Shown in pieces: positions 17,139 to 29,399 of a stretch of 64,000 bases of DNA. Origin of the DNA: Dehalococcoidia bacterium (GTDB lineage: Bacteria; Chloroflexota; Dehalococcoidia; DSTF01; JACRBR01). A model generated the notes under the pieces. It made no database searches. It worked only from the letters and a program-made list of their open reading frames with translations, and had not been told where the DNA came from. The position numbers were made by a program, and so were the translations under genes. Location: the NCBI GenBank assembly GCA_041494685.1, contig JBGQBE010000004.1:62001-126000 (forward strand). Direction: 5' to 3'. Positions within the stretch are counted from its first letter, which is position 1; each line of letters starts with the position of its first letter.

Positions 17139-17950
17139 GCAGCGTCCTGCAGCTCTTGTGTCAGCACCGTCCGCAGCCGGCGGATCGCCCGGTGCCGCAG
17201 CTGCGAAGCACGCGACTCCGAGATCCCCAGCGCCTGCCCGATGCTCTTCAGCGACTGCGACTTCATGTAGTACAGCCGCACGATCATCCGCTCGCGCTCC
17301 GGCAGCAGCGCCACCGCCTCCGCCAGCTTCGCGCGCACCATCGTCTCCTCCGCTACCGCGTCAGGGTCGATGTTCGGGTCCTCGTCGGCCATCTCCCAGA
17401 GCTTCTCGCTCGCGCCGTTCGCGGCCGTGTCCGCCAGGCTGTCCAGCGACACCACGCGTACGTTGCTCGTCCGGAGCGACGCCATGAAATCCTTCGGGGC
17501 CACCCCCATGTACGTCGCCAGTTCGTCTCGCGTCGGCGCGCGGCCGAGCGTCACGTGCAGCGCGGCCGTCGCCTTCTCCAGGTCGCTGCCGAACTTCTGC
17601 AGCGAGCGCGGCAGCGGGTGGGTCGCGCGAATCGCGTCCAGGATCGAGCCGCGGATGCGCGGCAAGGCGTACGTCGAGAACTTCGCGCCCTTGTCCGGGT
17701 CGAAGGCGTACCACGCCTCGATCAGCCCCTGCACCCCGTACGAGACCATGTCTTCGTACTGCAGGATGCCGCCGTTCGTGCTGCCCACGGCGATCCGGTT
17801 GACGGCGTGCCGCACCAGCGGCATGTAGTCCTTGATGATCTTGGTCAGGCTGGCATCGGAAAACAGGTCCACTTCCTCGGGGACCACCTCCGGCGGCACC
17901 TGTACCTCGTCGGCGGCGTCGTCAGCCTCAGGGGATTGCGCGTCCGGCAT
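17135..17950 (-). CDS. fliA: FliA/WhiG/SigD family RNA polymerase sigma factor
   Basis: YMPLVRHAV, EDMVSYGVQGLIEA, FDPDKGAKFSTYALPRIRGSILDAIR, IGQALGISESRASQL. Confidence 0.9.
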   Translation of the reverse strand: MPDAQSPEADDAADEVQVPPEVVPEEVDLFSDASLTKIIKDYMPLVRHAVNRIAVGSTNGGILQYEDMVSYGVQGLIEAWYAFDPDKGAKFSTYALPRIRGSILDAIRATHPLPRSLQKFGSDLEKATAALHVTLGRAPTRDELATYMGVAPKDFMASLRTSNVRVVSLDSLADTAANGASEKLWEMADEDPNIDPDAVAEETMVRAKLAEAVALLPERERMIVRLYYMKSQSLKSIGQALGISESRASQLRHRAIRRLRTVLTQELQDAA

Positions 17951-18274
17951 TCATCCTCCAGGAACGTGATGTATCTGTTTGTCTAGCCACCCGGTCGACG
18001 CCCAGTATGCTCGCCCCGTCCCGCCCCTCCCATGCGGCTCCGCCCCCGTGCCCCCACGTGCGCCCCCGCAATTCCTCCGCCGTATGTACCTAGGGACAAT
18101 CCGAGTTGTGTGATTCTTGTGACTGCCGTCCCATGAGCGTCCAGGCTCGACGCCGCAGCAGTCGGCGCCCCGGAAGTACGGCCCCCGCTCCTCCGGGCGA
18201 TGCCCGTGCGCACCACGCCGCCGCGGCCGGGCGTTAGCCGCGCTGGATCCGCTCCGGTACAATGGCGCCAACCT

Positions 18275-19885
18275 ATGATCTTCACGCAGTCACCACGGAC
18301 AGAGACCGACGCCGCCGAGCGGCCCTTCGGCGCCGTTGACCTGCTCGCCCTCGTCCTCGACCTGGTCCGGCCCACCCTCGGCTTCGACATCGCCGTCGCC
18401 GTGATCTGCGAGGACAACCGCCACATCGTCCCGATCTTCCTGACCGGCGCGCTCTCGCCCGGCGCGGTCGAGGGTGTCCACGTGCAGGCGCTCGCCGCCT
18501 TCGTCGAGCTTGCCGGCGCGGACCACGCAACCTGGCCCGGCGACGAGCCCGTGGTGATCGGACTCGCCCGCGCCCACGAACACCAGCTCGCCGAGCCGGA
18601 CTCGTACGAGGACGCGCCGCTCGTCGTCAACGGCGTCGTCACCGGCATGCTGCGCGTCGCCTGCGCCGGCCCCATGACGCAGCAACAACGCTCGCTGTAC
18701 TTCTCCATGGCCAGCGACGTCTCCAAGGCGATCGAGCACCTCGACGCGCAGCGCAACCAGACACGCCTCGTCCAGGAGCGGCTGCTCCAGTCGGAGAAGA
18801 TGTCCAGCGTCGGCCAACTCGTGTCCGGCGTCGCCCACGAGTTGAACAACCCGCTCACCGGCATCATGGGCTTCGCGCAGCTCCTGCTGCTGCGCGAACT
18901 GGACGAGACCTCGCGCCACCAGGTCGAGACGATCTACGGCGAGGCCGAACGCGCGTCGAAGATCGTGAACAACCTGCTCACCTTCGCGCGCCGCCGCAGG
19001 GCCCAGAAGGAACCCGCCAACATCAACACCCTCATCGAACGCGTCCTCGAGTTGCGCAACTACGACCTGCGCGTCCGCAACATCGACACCGCCCTCGAAC
19101 TCGACGCGACGCTGCCCGAGACGATGCTCGACGCGAACCAGATCCAGCAGGTGTTCCTCAACATCATCATCAACGCCGAACAGGCGATGCGCTCCGACAC
19201 CGACGCGGGCACCCTCCGCATCCGCACCACGTACACCGACCGCGCGATCAGCGCGTCGTTCCAGGACAGCGGCCCCGGCATGAGCCCGGAGATGGTCCGC
19301 CGCATCTTCGACCCGTTCTTCACGACCAAGGAGGCGGGCGAGGGCACCGGCCTCGGCCTTACCATCAGCTACGGCATCGTCGAGGAGCACGGAGGCCGCA
19401 TCTGGGCCGAAAGCGAACCCGGCCGCGGCACCACGTTCGTCATCGAGCTGCCCGTGGTCGCCGGCGTCGCGTCCGCGCCCAGGCGGCCGGTCGAGCAGGC
19501 GCCCGCCGGACCCGTCGAACGCCGCCGCATCCTCGTCGTCGACGACGAGGAGAGCATCCAAAAGTTGCTCACCGGCGTGCTCGAGATGGACGGCCACGAG
19601 GTGCAGGTCGCCAGCAACGGCCGCGAGGCGCTCGATCGCCTGCAGCGCGAGCCGTTCGATCTCGTCATCACCGACGTGAAGATGCCCGTCATGGGCGGCC
19701 CCGACCTCTACAAGCACCTGCACGATGCCGCGAACCCGCTGGCGCGCCGCGTCATCTTCATCACCGGCGACACCGTCGCGAACGAGACGCGCCACTTCCT
19801 GCAGAGCGTCGAGAACGCCGTCCTCGCGAAGCCGTTCCGGCTGCGGGACGTGCGCCAGGCCGTCCAGGAAGCGCTCGCCAGATAG
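18275..19885 (+). CDS. Hybrid sensor histidine kinase/response regulator
   Basis: SEKMSSVGQLVSGVAHELNNPL, FDPFFTTK, GTGLGL, receiver ILVVDDE...TDVKMP...KPF. Confidence 0.92.
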   Translation: MIFTQSPRTETDAAERPFGAVDLLALVLDLVRPTLGFDIAVAVICEDNRHIVPIFLTGALSPGAVEGVHVQALAAFVELAGADHATWPGDEPVVIGLARAHEHQLAEPDSYEDAPLVVNGVVTGMLRVACAGPMTQQQRSLYFSMASDVSKAIEHLDAQRNQTRLVQERLLQSEKMSSVGQLVSGVAHELNNPLTGIMGFAQLLLLRELDETSRHQVETIYGEAERASKIVNNLLTFARRRRAQKEPANINTLIERVLELRNYDLRVRNIDTALELDATLPETMLDANQIQQVFLNIIINAEQAMRSDTDAGTLRIRTTYTDRAISASFQDSGPGMSPEMVRRIFDPFFTTKEAGEGTGLGLTISYGIVEEHGGRIWAESEPGRGTTFVIELPVVAGVASAPRRPVEQAPAGPVERRRILVVDDEESIQKLLTGVLEMDGHEVQVASNGREALDRLQREPFDLVITDVKMPVMGGPDLYKHLHDAANPLARRVIFITGDTVANETRHFLQSVENAVLAKPFRLRDVRQAVQEALAR

Positions 19886-19964
19886 CCAGCTCGTGCCCGC
19901 AGGCAACAGGCCGCTTAGGCGGGAGGCCGAGAACCACGCACCTGCACTCAGCCAGGAGGCACCG

Positions 19965-20654
19965 ATGCCCGACATCAGCACCCAGACCGTCGCGTTCCCG
20001 GCGAATGGCGTCAACGGTACGGGCTATGTCGCCCGCCCCGACGACGCCGCACCGCATCCCGGCGTCATCGTCATCCAGGAGTGGTGGGGCCTCGACGACC
20101 ACATCAAGAGCATCGCCGACCGCTTCGCGCGCGAAGGCTTCATCGCCCTTGCGCCCGACCTCTACCACGGGAACATTGCCACCGAGCCGGACGAGGCGCG
20201 CAAGCTCGTGATGAACATGAACCGCGAGCAGGCGATCAAGGACCTGCTGGGCGCCGTGAAGCACCTGCAGAGCATCCCGGAGGTCGCACCAAGAAAAGTG
20301 GCCTGCATCGGGTTCTGCATGGGCGGCAGCCTGACGCTCGCGCTCGCCGCCGCGACGCCCGACATCGCCACCGCCGCGCCGTTTTATGCCGGCTTCCAGC
20401 CGCCCGCCGACGAGATCGCGAAGATCCAGGCGGAGATGTTCTGCGCGTTCGGTGCCGACGACGCGGGCATCCCGCTTGAGAACGTCCGCAAGTTCGAGGA
20501 CACGCTGAAGAGCACCGGCCGCAAGGCGGTGGTGAAGGTGTACGACAGCGCACCCCACTCGTTCTTCAACGACACGCGCGACAGCTATCGCCCGGAGGCC
20601 GCGACGGACGCCTGGGAGCGCTCGCTCGCGCTCTTCCGGCGCGTGCTGGGATAA
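19965..20654 (+). CDS. Dienelactone hydrolase family protein
   Basis: QEWWGL, GFCMGG, HSFFND; AGGAGG then ATG 19965. Confidence 0.93.
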   Translation: MPDISTQTVAFPANGVNGTGYVARPDDAAPHPGVIVIQEWWGLDDHIKSIADRFAREGFIALAPDLYHGNIATEPDEARKLVMNMNREQAIKDLLGAVKHLQSIPEVAPRKVACIGFCMGGSLTLALAAATPDIATAAPFYAGFQPPADEIAKIQAEMFCAFGADDAGIPLENVRKFEDTLKSTGRKAVVKVYDSAPHSFFNDTRDSYRPEAATDAWERSLALFRRVLG

Positions 20655-20665
20655 CGGCGACGCAG

Positions 20666-20884
20666 ATGCCTGACGAGTGGGACGGCCCCGCCGGTAACGC
20701 TGACGACGAGACGGACGAGATCGCCCCCGGCGACCCCGACTACGACCTCTCGGAGGCGCACGGCTGGGACTGGGAGCCGAAACCCGCGCGCCCCTTCTTC
20801 CTCTCGCCGCTCGTGCTGACGGGGATCTCGCTGCTGCTCGTGCTGGCGCTGCTGCTCCCGATGCTCGTGACCCTCACGCGGTAG
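20666..20884 (+). CDS. Small acidic protein with a C-terminal TM helix
   Basis: Acidic N-terminus (PGDPDYDLSEAHGW) plus hydrophobic C-terminus; host-like codon use. Confidence 0.6.
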   Translation: MPDEWDGPAGNADDETDEIAPGDPDYDLSEAHGWDWEPKPARPFFLSPLVLTGISLLLVLALLLPMLVTLTR

Positions 20885-21218
20885 CCACTGCCTCGCGCCA
20901 CGGCGCCACAAACGCGACGCGCTCCGGCGGAAGCCGCTCGGTCCGGGCGGCCGGCTCGCTGCGCCGAAATTCTTCGGGCACCTCGTCAGGCGCCTGCCAG
21001 GCGACCTGCGCGGCGAACGCGCTCACCTCGCCGGCGTTCTCGTCGAACAGCCGTGCGACCTCCGGCCCCTGCATCAGCGTCAGCCACACCGCCACCGCCG
21101 TGCCCGCGCCGCGCGCGACGAACCGCCGCACCAGCGGATCCGGAAACGCGGGCCATTCATGCTCGAAGTAGTACGCCCACAACGCCATGTTGGCGTCGAC
21201 AGGGTCTGGTGTCGTCAT
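20874..21218 (-). CDS. Hypothetical protein
   Basis: GGGAGG RBS; ordinary amino-acid composition. Confidence 0.55.
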   Translation of the reverse strand: MTTPDPVDANMALWAYYFEHEWPAFPDPLVRRFVARGAGTAVAVWLTLMQGPEVARLFDENAGEVSAFAAQVAWQAPDEVPEEFRRSEPAARTERLPPERVAFVAPWREAVATA

Positions 21219-21433
21219 GGCGTCCCTCCCGGTGCGGGCGAAAGGTTTCCACCACTAGTACGGGTCGACGGCCCGGATCGATGTCCACCGCCACGGCGCC
21301 TCACATAGCGCCATGCAACGCGGAGGAGTCGAGTATACACCCGGCCGGGCGAGTCGGATCGCCCTCGCCGGGAATCGTTGTCACAGTTTCAACTGCGCGA
21401 ATCTGCCGTACCGAAGCCGCAACAGCGCCGCGT

Positions 21434-24177
<2,744 letters not shown>

Positions 24178-24226
24178 CGCCGCCCCGGCTCTGTAGTCTG
24201 TCGCCCCCAGCCGGTAATCTGCGCAC

Positions 24227-24967
24227 ATGGATCTGATCCCCGGCATCGACATCCGCGGCGGCCGCGCCGTCCGCCTCGTCCAGGGCGACTACAACCGCGA
24301 GACCGTCTTCGCCGACGACCCCGTCGCCGTCGCGAAGCAGTGGGCCGCCCAGGGCGCGCCCCGCCTCCACGTGGTAGACCTCGACGGCGCGAAGGAGCGC
24401 CGCCCCGTCAACGACGCCATCATCGAGCGCATCATCCGCGAGTCCGGCGTGCCCGTGCAGGTCGCCGGCGGCATGGGCGACGCCTCCGTCATCGACCGCT
24501 GGGCCGCCGCCGGCGCCGCCCGCGTTGTCGTCGGCACCCTCGCCGTCCAGCAGCCCGACGTGATCGAAGCGGCCACACGCCGGCACGGCGGCAAGATCGC
24601 CGTCGCCATCGACGTGCGCGCCGGCAAGGCCGCCGTGAAGGGGTGGCTGGAGACCAGCGATACACCGGCTGAGGAGTTCGCGCGCGCCATGGCGCTCCGC
24701 GACGTCCGCCACTTCATCTACACGGACATCAGCCGCGACGGCATGATGCAGCACCTCGACTTCGACTCCGTGAAACGCATGCTCGCCGCGCTCGCCGGCA
24801 CCGGCGCGCCCGCCACCCTCATCTACTCCGGCGGCGTCACGTCGATCGACGACCTCGTCGCGCTCAACGAGTACGGCCTCGAAGGCGTCATCATCGGCCG
24901 CGCACTGTACGACGGCCGCATCACCCTCGCCGACGCCGCGACGGCCCTCGCCACCGGCGACGGATAG
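24227..24967 (+). CDS. hisA: ProFAR isomerase
   Basis: IPGIDIRGGRAVRLVQGD, HVVDLDGA, TDISRDG, SGGV. Confidence 0.94.
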   Translation: MDLIPGIDIRGGRAVRLVQGDYNRETVFADDPVAVAKQWAAQGAPRLHVVDLDGAKERRPVNDAIIERIIRESGVPVQVAGGMGDASVIDRWAAAGAARVVVGTLAVQQPDVIEAATRRHGGKIAVAIDVRAGKAAVKGWLETSDTPAEEFARAMALRDVRHFIYTDISRDGMMQHLDFDSVKRMLAALAGTGAPATLIYSGGVTSIDDLVALNEYGLEGVIIGRALYDGRITLADAATALATGDG

Positions 24968-24987
24968 GCCGCCGACACGGCAACAAG

Positions 24988-25005
24988 AAACCCGCCGAAG
25001 GCGGG
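24988..25005 (-). terminator. Terminator between the convergent hisA and HD-GYP genes
   Basis: CCCGCC-gaa-GGCGGG with an A-run on the left. Confidence 0.55.
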
Positions 25006-25034
25006 CCTCACCGTGTCCCTGCAACCTCGGATCC

Positions 25035-26738
25035 TTACGCGACTGCCTCGTCATCGTCGTGCTCGATCAGCACGCGCGTCCCGCCGGCATGGCGCAGCTC
25101 CGGCCGCGACGACATCAGCGCCGCGAACGCACGCACCACGTCCGGGTCGAACTGCTTCCCATTGTGCGACGCGATCTCCGTCATCGCTTCGTGATGTGAC
25201 ATCGCCGCGCGGTAGGGCCGGTCCGACGTCATGGCGTCGTACGCGTCGATGACCATGAAGACGCGCGCCTCGAGCGGGATGGCGTCACCCGCCAGCCCGA
25301 ACGGATACCCCTGGCCGTCGTACCGCTCGTGGTGGTAGAGCAGGATTGGCAGCGCCCCCTCCAGGAAGCCGATCTTCGACACCATCAGCCCCGCGAGGAG
25401 CGGATGCTTGCGCATCGCCTCCCACTCCAGGTCGTTCAGTGCCTTCGGCTTCTTCAGCACCGCGTCCGGCACGCCGATCTTCCCCACGTCGTGCAGCAGC
25501 GCGCCGCGCTCGATGTCCACCAGCGCCTGATCCTCGATCCCCATCTGGCGCGCGAGCTGGACCGTCAGCTTCGCCACGCGCTCGCAGTGGCCCTCCGTCA
25601 CCTCGTCCTTGGCGTCCAGCGCCGCCATCAGCGCCTTCAGCGTCGCGTCATAGCTCAGTTCGATCTCGTCCGCGTGCGAGCGCACTTTGGTGAACAGCTG
25701 CGCCTGCTCCACAGCCATCACGCCCTGGTTCGCCAGCGCTTCGACACTCGCGATCTCCTCCTGCGCAAAGCCACCGCGCTTCGCGTCGCGCAGCACGGAC
25801 AGCACACCCAGCGTCCGGTCGCGCATCGAGATCGGCACGCACATCACCGCCAACATCCGGCCCTCGCCGTCCAGCGCCGGCCCGAAGATCTGCCGGTACG
25901 CCGCCGCCGGCTGCGTGCCCGCCACGGGCGAGTTCGTCGCGGCGCAGCGCCGCAAGTACCATTCCTCGATCCGGCGCGTGTGATAGCCCACCGCGCCCAC
26001 AGCGTCCTCGTACGTCGCCTGCAATGTCATGTCACCCGACGCCTCGTCGAACAGCGCCACCATCCCGTACTCGCCGCGTGCCAGCGCCGTCGCGTCGCGC
26101 GACAGGTGCGCAACGACCTCCTGGAGATCCAACGACGAGCGGATCTCATCACCACGGTTATACAGGTGCAACAGCCGCCGGTACGTCTTCACGAGGCCGC
26201 TCACACCGAACCAGTACGCCACCTGGAGCACCACATACGCGGCCACGGCAAAGATGGCCACCAGTACGGCCAGTGCCCGTTGCGAACGGACGACCCCGGC
26301 TTCGATCGGCGCGTCATCCTGCGCCACCGCCACGGAGTACCCGCCCACGAGCGCACCCGTCACGAACAGTGTGTGTCCGTCGCTGGCCTTCACCTTCGCC
26401 GACGCGCCTTCGCCCGGCAGCCCTCGCTCCGGCAGCGAGGCGCCGCCGGCGTACACCACCGTCCCGTCCGCGCTGCGCACCTGCACGGCACGATACGGCT
26501 CGGCGAGCATCGCCGCACCGGCCGTCGCCGCGCGCGCGGCGACGTCGCCGCCCGGCGCCTCCAGCACGCCCAGCAGCGGCGCGGCGTACGCAACGCTGGC
26601 GCGCGTCGACGCATCCTCATGTGCCATCCGCATGAGGCTGATACCGATGAACCCGAAGGTGATGGAGATGACCAGGAACGCGGCGAGGCTGGCGCCAGCG
26701 AAGCGCAGGTACACCGCGATGGTCGAATCCCGATGCAT
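25035..26738 (-). CDS. Membrane GAF + HD-GYP cyclic dinucleotide phosphodiesterase
   Basis: Two TM helices, GAF, HCERV, LLHDVGKI, HHERYDGQGYP, DAMTSDRPYR. Confidence 0.92.
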   Translation of the reverse strand: MHRDSTIAVYLRFAGASLAAFLVISITFGFIGISLMRMAHEDASTRASVAYAAPLLGVLEAPGGDVAARAATAGAAMLAEPYRAVQVRSADGTVVYAGGASLPERGLPGEGASAKVKASDGHTLFVTGALVGGYSVAVAQDDAPIEAGVVRSQRALAVLVAIFAVAAYVVLQVAYWFGVSGLVKTYRRLLHLYNRGDEIRSSLDLQEVVAHLSRDATALARGEYGMVALFDEASGDMTLQATYEDAVGAVGYHTRRIEEWYLRRCAATNSPVAGTQPAAAYRQIFGPALDGEGRMLAVMCVPISMRDRTLGVLSVLRDAKRGGFAQEEIASVEALANQGVMAVEQAQLFTKVRSHADEIELSYDATLKALMAALDAKDEVTEGHCERVAKLTVQLARQMGIEDQALVDIERGALLHDVGKIGVPDAVLKKPKALNDLEWEAMRKHPLLAGLMVSKIGFLEGALPILLYHHERYDGQGYPFGLAGDAIPLEARVFMVIDAYDAMTSDRPYRAAMSHHEAMTEIASHNGKQFDPDVVRAFAALMSSRPELRHAGGTRVLIEHDDDEAVA

Positions 26739-26940
26739 CAGCCCTCCGCCTCGATGCCATCCCTGGATCACGAGTCCCTTTCAGTATCGGCCGCCCGCCA
26801 AGCCGCCTACAGCCCTCGCGCAGATTCAAAACGAGCGAGATGCCTCCGTAGAACCGCGTCGTGGCAGACATCAGACGAACAAGCGAAACGAGCCGCCGGC
26901 AACGCCGGGCGTCCGGCATCCTGCCTGCTATAGTGGTTCG

Positions 26941-27795
26941 ATGGAACCCACACTCACATCGAAGCTGAACGACCTCCGCCGTATCCTGGGCGAGATGCAG
27001 TCCTGCGTCGTCGCCTTCTCCGCCGGCGTCGATAGCACCTTCGTCGCCGCGGCCGCCGCCGATGTGCTCGGCGCGCGCGCGTTCGCCGTCACGGGCGTCT
27101 CGCCCTCGATCCCATCGTCAGAGGTCGAAGAGGCACAGGCGCTCGCCCGGCAGATCGGCATCCGCCATGTCTTGCTCGACACATCCGAGATGGACCGGCC
27201 TGGTTATGTCGAGAATTCGCCCCAGCGCTGCTACCACTGCAAGACCGAACTCTACTCGCTGCTCGAAGAGATGGCCGAGCGCGACGGCATCGCCTTCGTC
27301 CTCGACGGCTGCAACATGGACGACCTGGGCGACCACCGCCCCGGCCGCGTCGCCGCCGCCGAGCACCGCGTGCGCAGCCCGCTGATCGAGGCCGGCCTCG
27401 GCAAGGCCGAGATCCGCGAGCTGTCGAAGCAGATGGGACTGCCCACCTGGGACAAGCCCGCGATGGCCTGCCTCTCGTCCCGCATCCCTTACGGCACGCC
27501 CGTCACGGTCGAGGCGCTCGACCAGGTCGGCGCTGCCGAGGCCTTTCTCCGCGCTCTCGGGTTCCGCCAGCTCCGCGTCCGCCACCACACCGACGTCGCG
27601 CGCATCGAGGTCGAGCCGGAGCACCTGGCCGGCGTCCTGGAGCACCGCGACCGCATCGTCGCCCGCTTCAAGAACCTCGGCTACAAATACGTCACGCTCG
27701 ACCTGGCCGGCTTCCGCAGCGGCAGCATGAACGACGTGCTGGCCTCCGGCGCGCGCGCCACGACGGACGCCGTCATACCCATCGCCTCGCTCTAG
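26941..27795 (+). CDS. larE: ATP-dependent sulfur transferase LarE
   Basis: AFSAGVDST PP-loop, RCYHCK, DHRPG, WDKPAMACLSSRIPYG, GFRSGSMN. Confidence 0.92.
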   Translation: MEPTLTSKLNDLRRILGEMQSCVVAFSAGVDSTFVAAAAADVLGARAFAVTGVSPSIPSSEVEEAQALARQIGIRHVLLDTSEMDRPGYVENSPQRCYHCKTELYSLLEEMAERDGIAFVLDGCNMDDLGDHRPGRVAAAEHRVRSPLIEAGLGKAEIRELSKQMGLPTWDKPAMACLSSRIPYGTPVTVEALDQVGAAEAFLRALGFRQLRVRHHTDVARIEVEPEHLAGVLEHRDRIVARFKNLGYKYVTLDLAGFRSGSMNDVLASGARATTDAVIPIASL

Positions 27796-27864
27796 CGCCG
27801 GTGCCCGGTACACAAAACGAGGCGGATCAGTGATCCGCCTCCACTACCTCTCGCCCACGTCGCG

Positions 27865-29388
27865 TCAGCCGATCCTCGTGACCGCCTCGACCAACCCGTC
27901 GATCGTGTACTCGTCCGCCACGACCGCCGGCTCCAGCCCCGCGGCGCGCACCGCCTGCGCCGTCACCGGCCCGATCGCGGCGATGCGCACACGCCGCAGC
28001 AGCGGCGCCGCCGTGTCCGCGCCGCCCAACATCTCGACCAGGTTCCGCACCGACGACGAGCTCGCGAACGTCACGACGTCGATCTCGCCGCCGCGCAGCC
28101 GCCGCAGTCCCTCCGAGTCGGGGTCGCGCGGCACGTCCGAGCGGTACAGCGTCAACTCGTCCACGCGCGCGCCCAGCGCCGCCAGCCCCTCCACCAGCAC
28201 TTCGCGCGCGCCCTCCGCCCTCGGGAGCAGCACGCGCTGCCCGCGCATTGAGCGCGCCGCAAATGCCTCCAGCAGCCCCTCCGCGATGTAACGCGCCGGC
28301 ACCAGGTCCGCCCGCAGCCCGGCGCTCGCCAGCGCCTCCGCCGTGCCCGGCCCGATCGTGGCGATGCGTGCCCGCCCGAACGCCCGCGCATCGAGCCCCG
28401 CATCGTGCAAATGCCGTACGAAGAGCTCCACCGCGTTCGCGCTCGTGAATACCACCCAACCGTACGCCGACGTCCGCAGATCGTCGATCGCCGCGGCGAG
28501 CGCGCCCGCGTCGTACGACGGCACGATCTCGATCGTCGGCAGCTCCACTGGCTCCGCGCCGCGCGCCGCCAGCGCACGGCACAGCTCGCTCGCCTGCTGC
28601 CGCGTCCGCGTCACGAGCACCCGCTTCCCGAAGAGCGGGCGCGTGTCGAACCAGCGCAGCGACGCGCGCAGCCTGGCCACCTCGCCCACCACCGTCACCG
28701 CCGGCGAACCGACGCCCGCCGCACGCACGTCCCCGGCGATCGTCGCCAGCGTGCCGCTCACGACGCGCTGCCGCGGCAGCGTCCCCCACTCCACCACCGC
28801 CACCGGCGTCTCGGCCGCGCGCCCGTGCTCCGTCAGCCGCCGCGCGATCTCGTCCAGCCGCCCGACGCCCATCAGGAACACCAGCGTGTCCACTCCGCGC
28901 GCCAGGTGCTCCCAGTCGATGCTTGTGTCGTCCTTCGCGGGGTCCTCGTGCCCGGTGATCACGGCGAACGACGACGCCAGGCCGCGGTGCGTCACCGGCA
29001 CGCCCGCGTACGCCGGCGCGGCGATCGACGACGTCACGCCCGGCACCACTTCGAACGGCACGCCCGCCGCCACCAGCGCCTCCGCCTCTTCGCTGCCGCG
29101 CCCGAAGACGAACGGGTCGCCGCCCTTCAGCCGCACTACCCGCTGCCCGGCCAGTCCGCGCTCCACCAGCAGCGCGTTGATCTCGTCCTGCGTCAGCGTG
29201 TGCCGGTCCGGCAGCTTGCCCGCGTAGATCAGCTCCGCACTTGCGCGCGTGTGCGACAGCAGCGCCGGGTTCGCCAGCCGGTCGTATACCACCACATCGG
29301 CCATCGCCAACCGGGCCGCGCCGCCCACGGTGATCAGGTCCGGATCGCCGGGCCCCGCCCCCACCAGCGACACGAATCCCGTCGCCAT
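27865..29388 (-). CDS. cobA: Uroporphyrinogen-III C-methyltransferase / synthase fusion (CobA-HemD)
   Basis: VGAGPGDPDLIT, RLKGGDPFVFGRG, then PLFGKRVLVTR...FTSANAV...FASSSSV; an alternative GTG start at 29403 overlaps hemC. Confidence 0.93.
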   Translation of the reverse strand: MATGFVSLVGAGPGDPDLITVGGAARLAMADVVVYDRLANPALLSHTRASAELIYAGKLPDRHTLTQDEINALLVERGLAGQRVVRLKGGDPFVFGRGSEEAEALVAAGVPFEVVPGVTSSIAAPAYAGVPVTHRGLASSFAVITGHEDPAKDDTSIDWEHLARGVDTLVFLMGVGRLDEIARRLTEHGRAAETPVAVVEWGTLPRQRVVSGTLATIAGDVRAAGVGSPAVTVVGEVARLRASLRWFDTRPLFGKRVLVTRTRQQASELCRALAARGAEPVELPTIEIVPSYDAGALAAAIDDLRTSAYGWVVFTSANAVELFVRHLHDAGLDARAFGRARIATIGPGTAEALASAGLRADLVPARYIAEGLLEAFAARSMRGQRVLLPRAEGAREVLVEGLAALGARVDELTLYRSDVPRDPDSEGLRRLRGGEIDVVTFASSSSVRNLVEMLGGADTAAPLLRRVRIAAIGPVTAQAVRAAGLEPAVVADEYTIDGLVEAVTRIG

Positions 29389-29399
29389 CGCCTCGCCCG

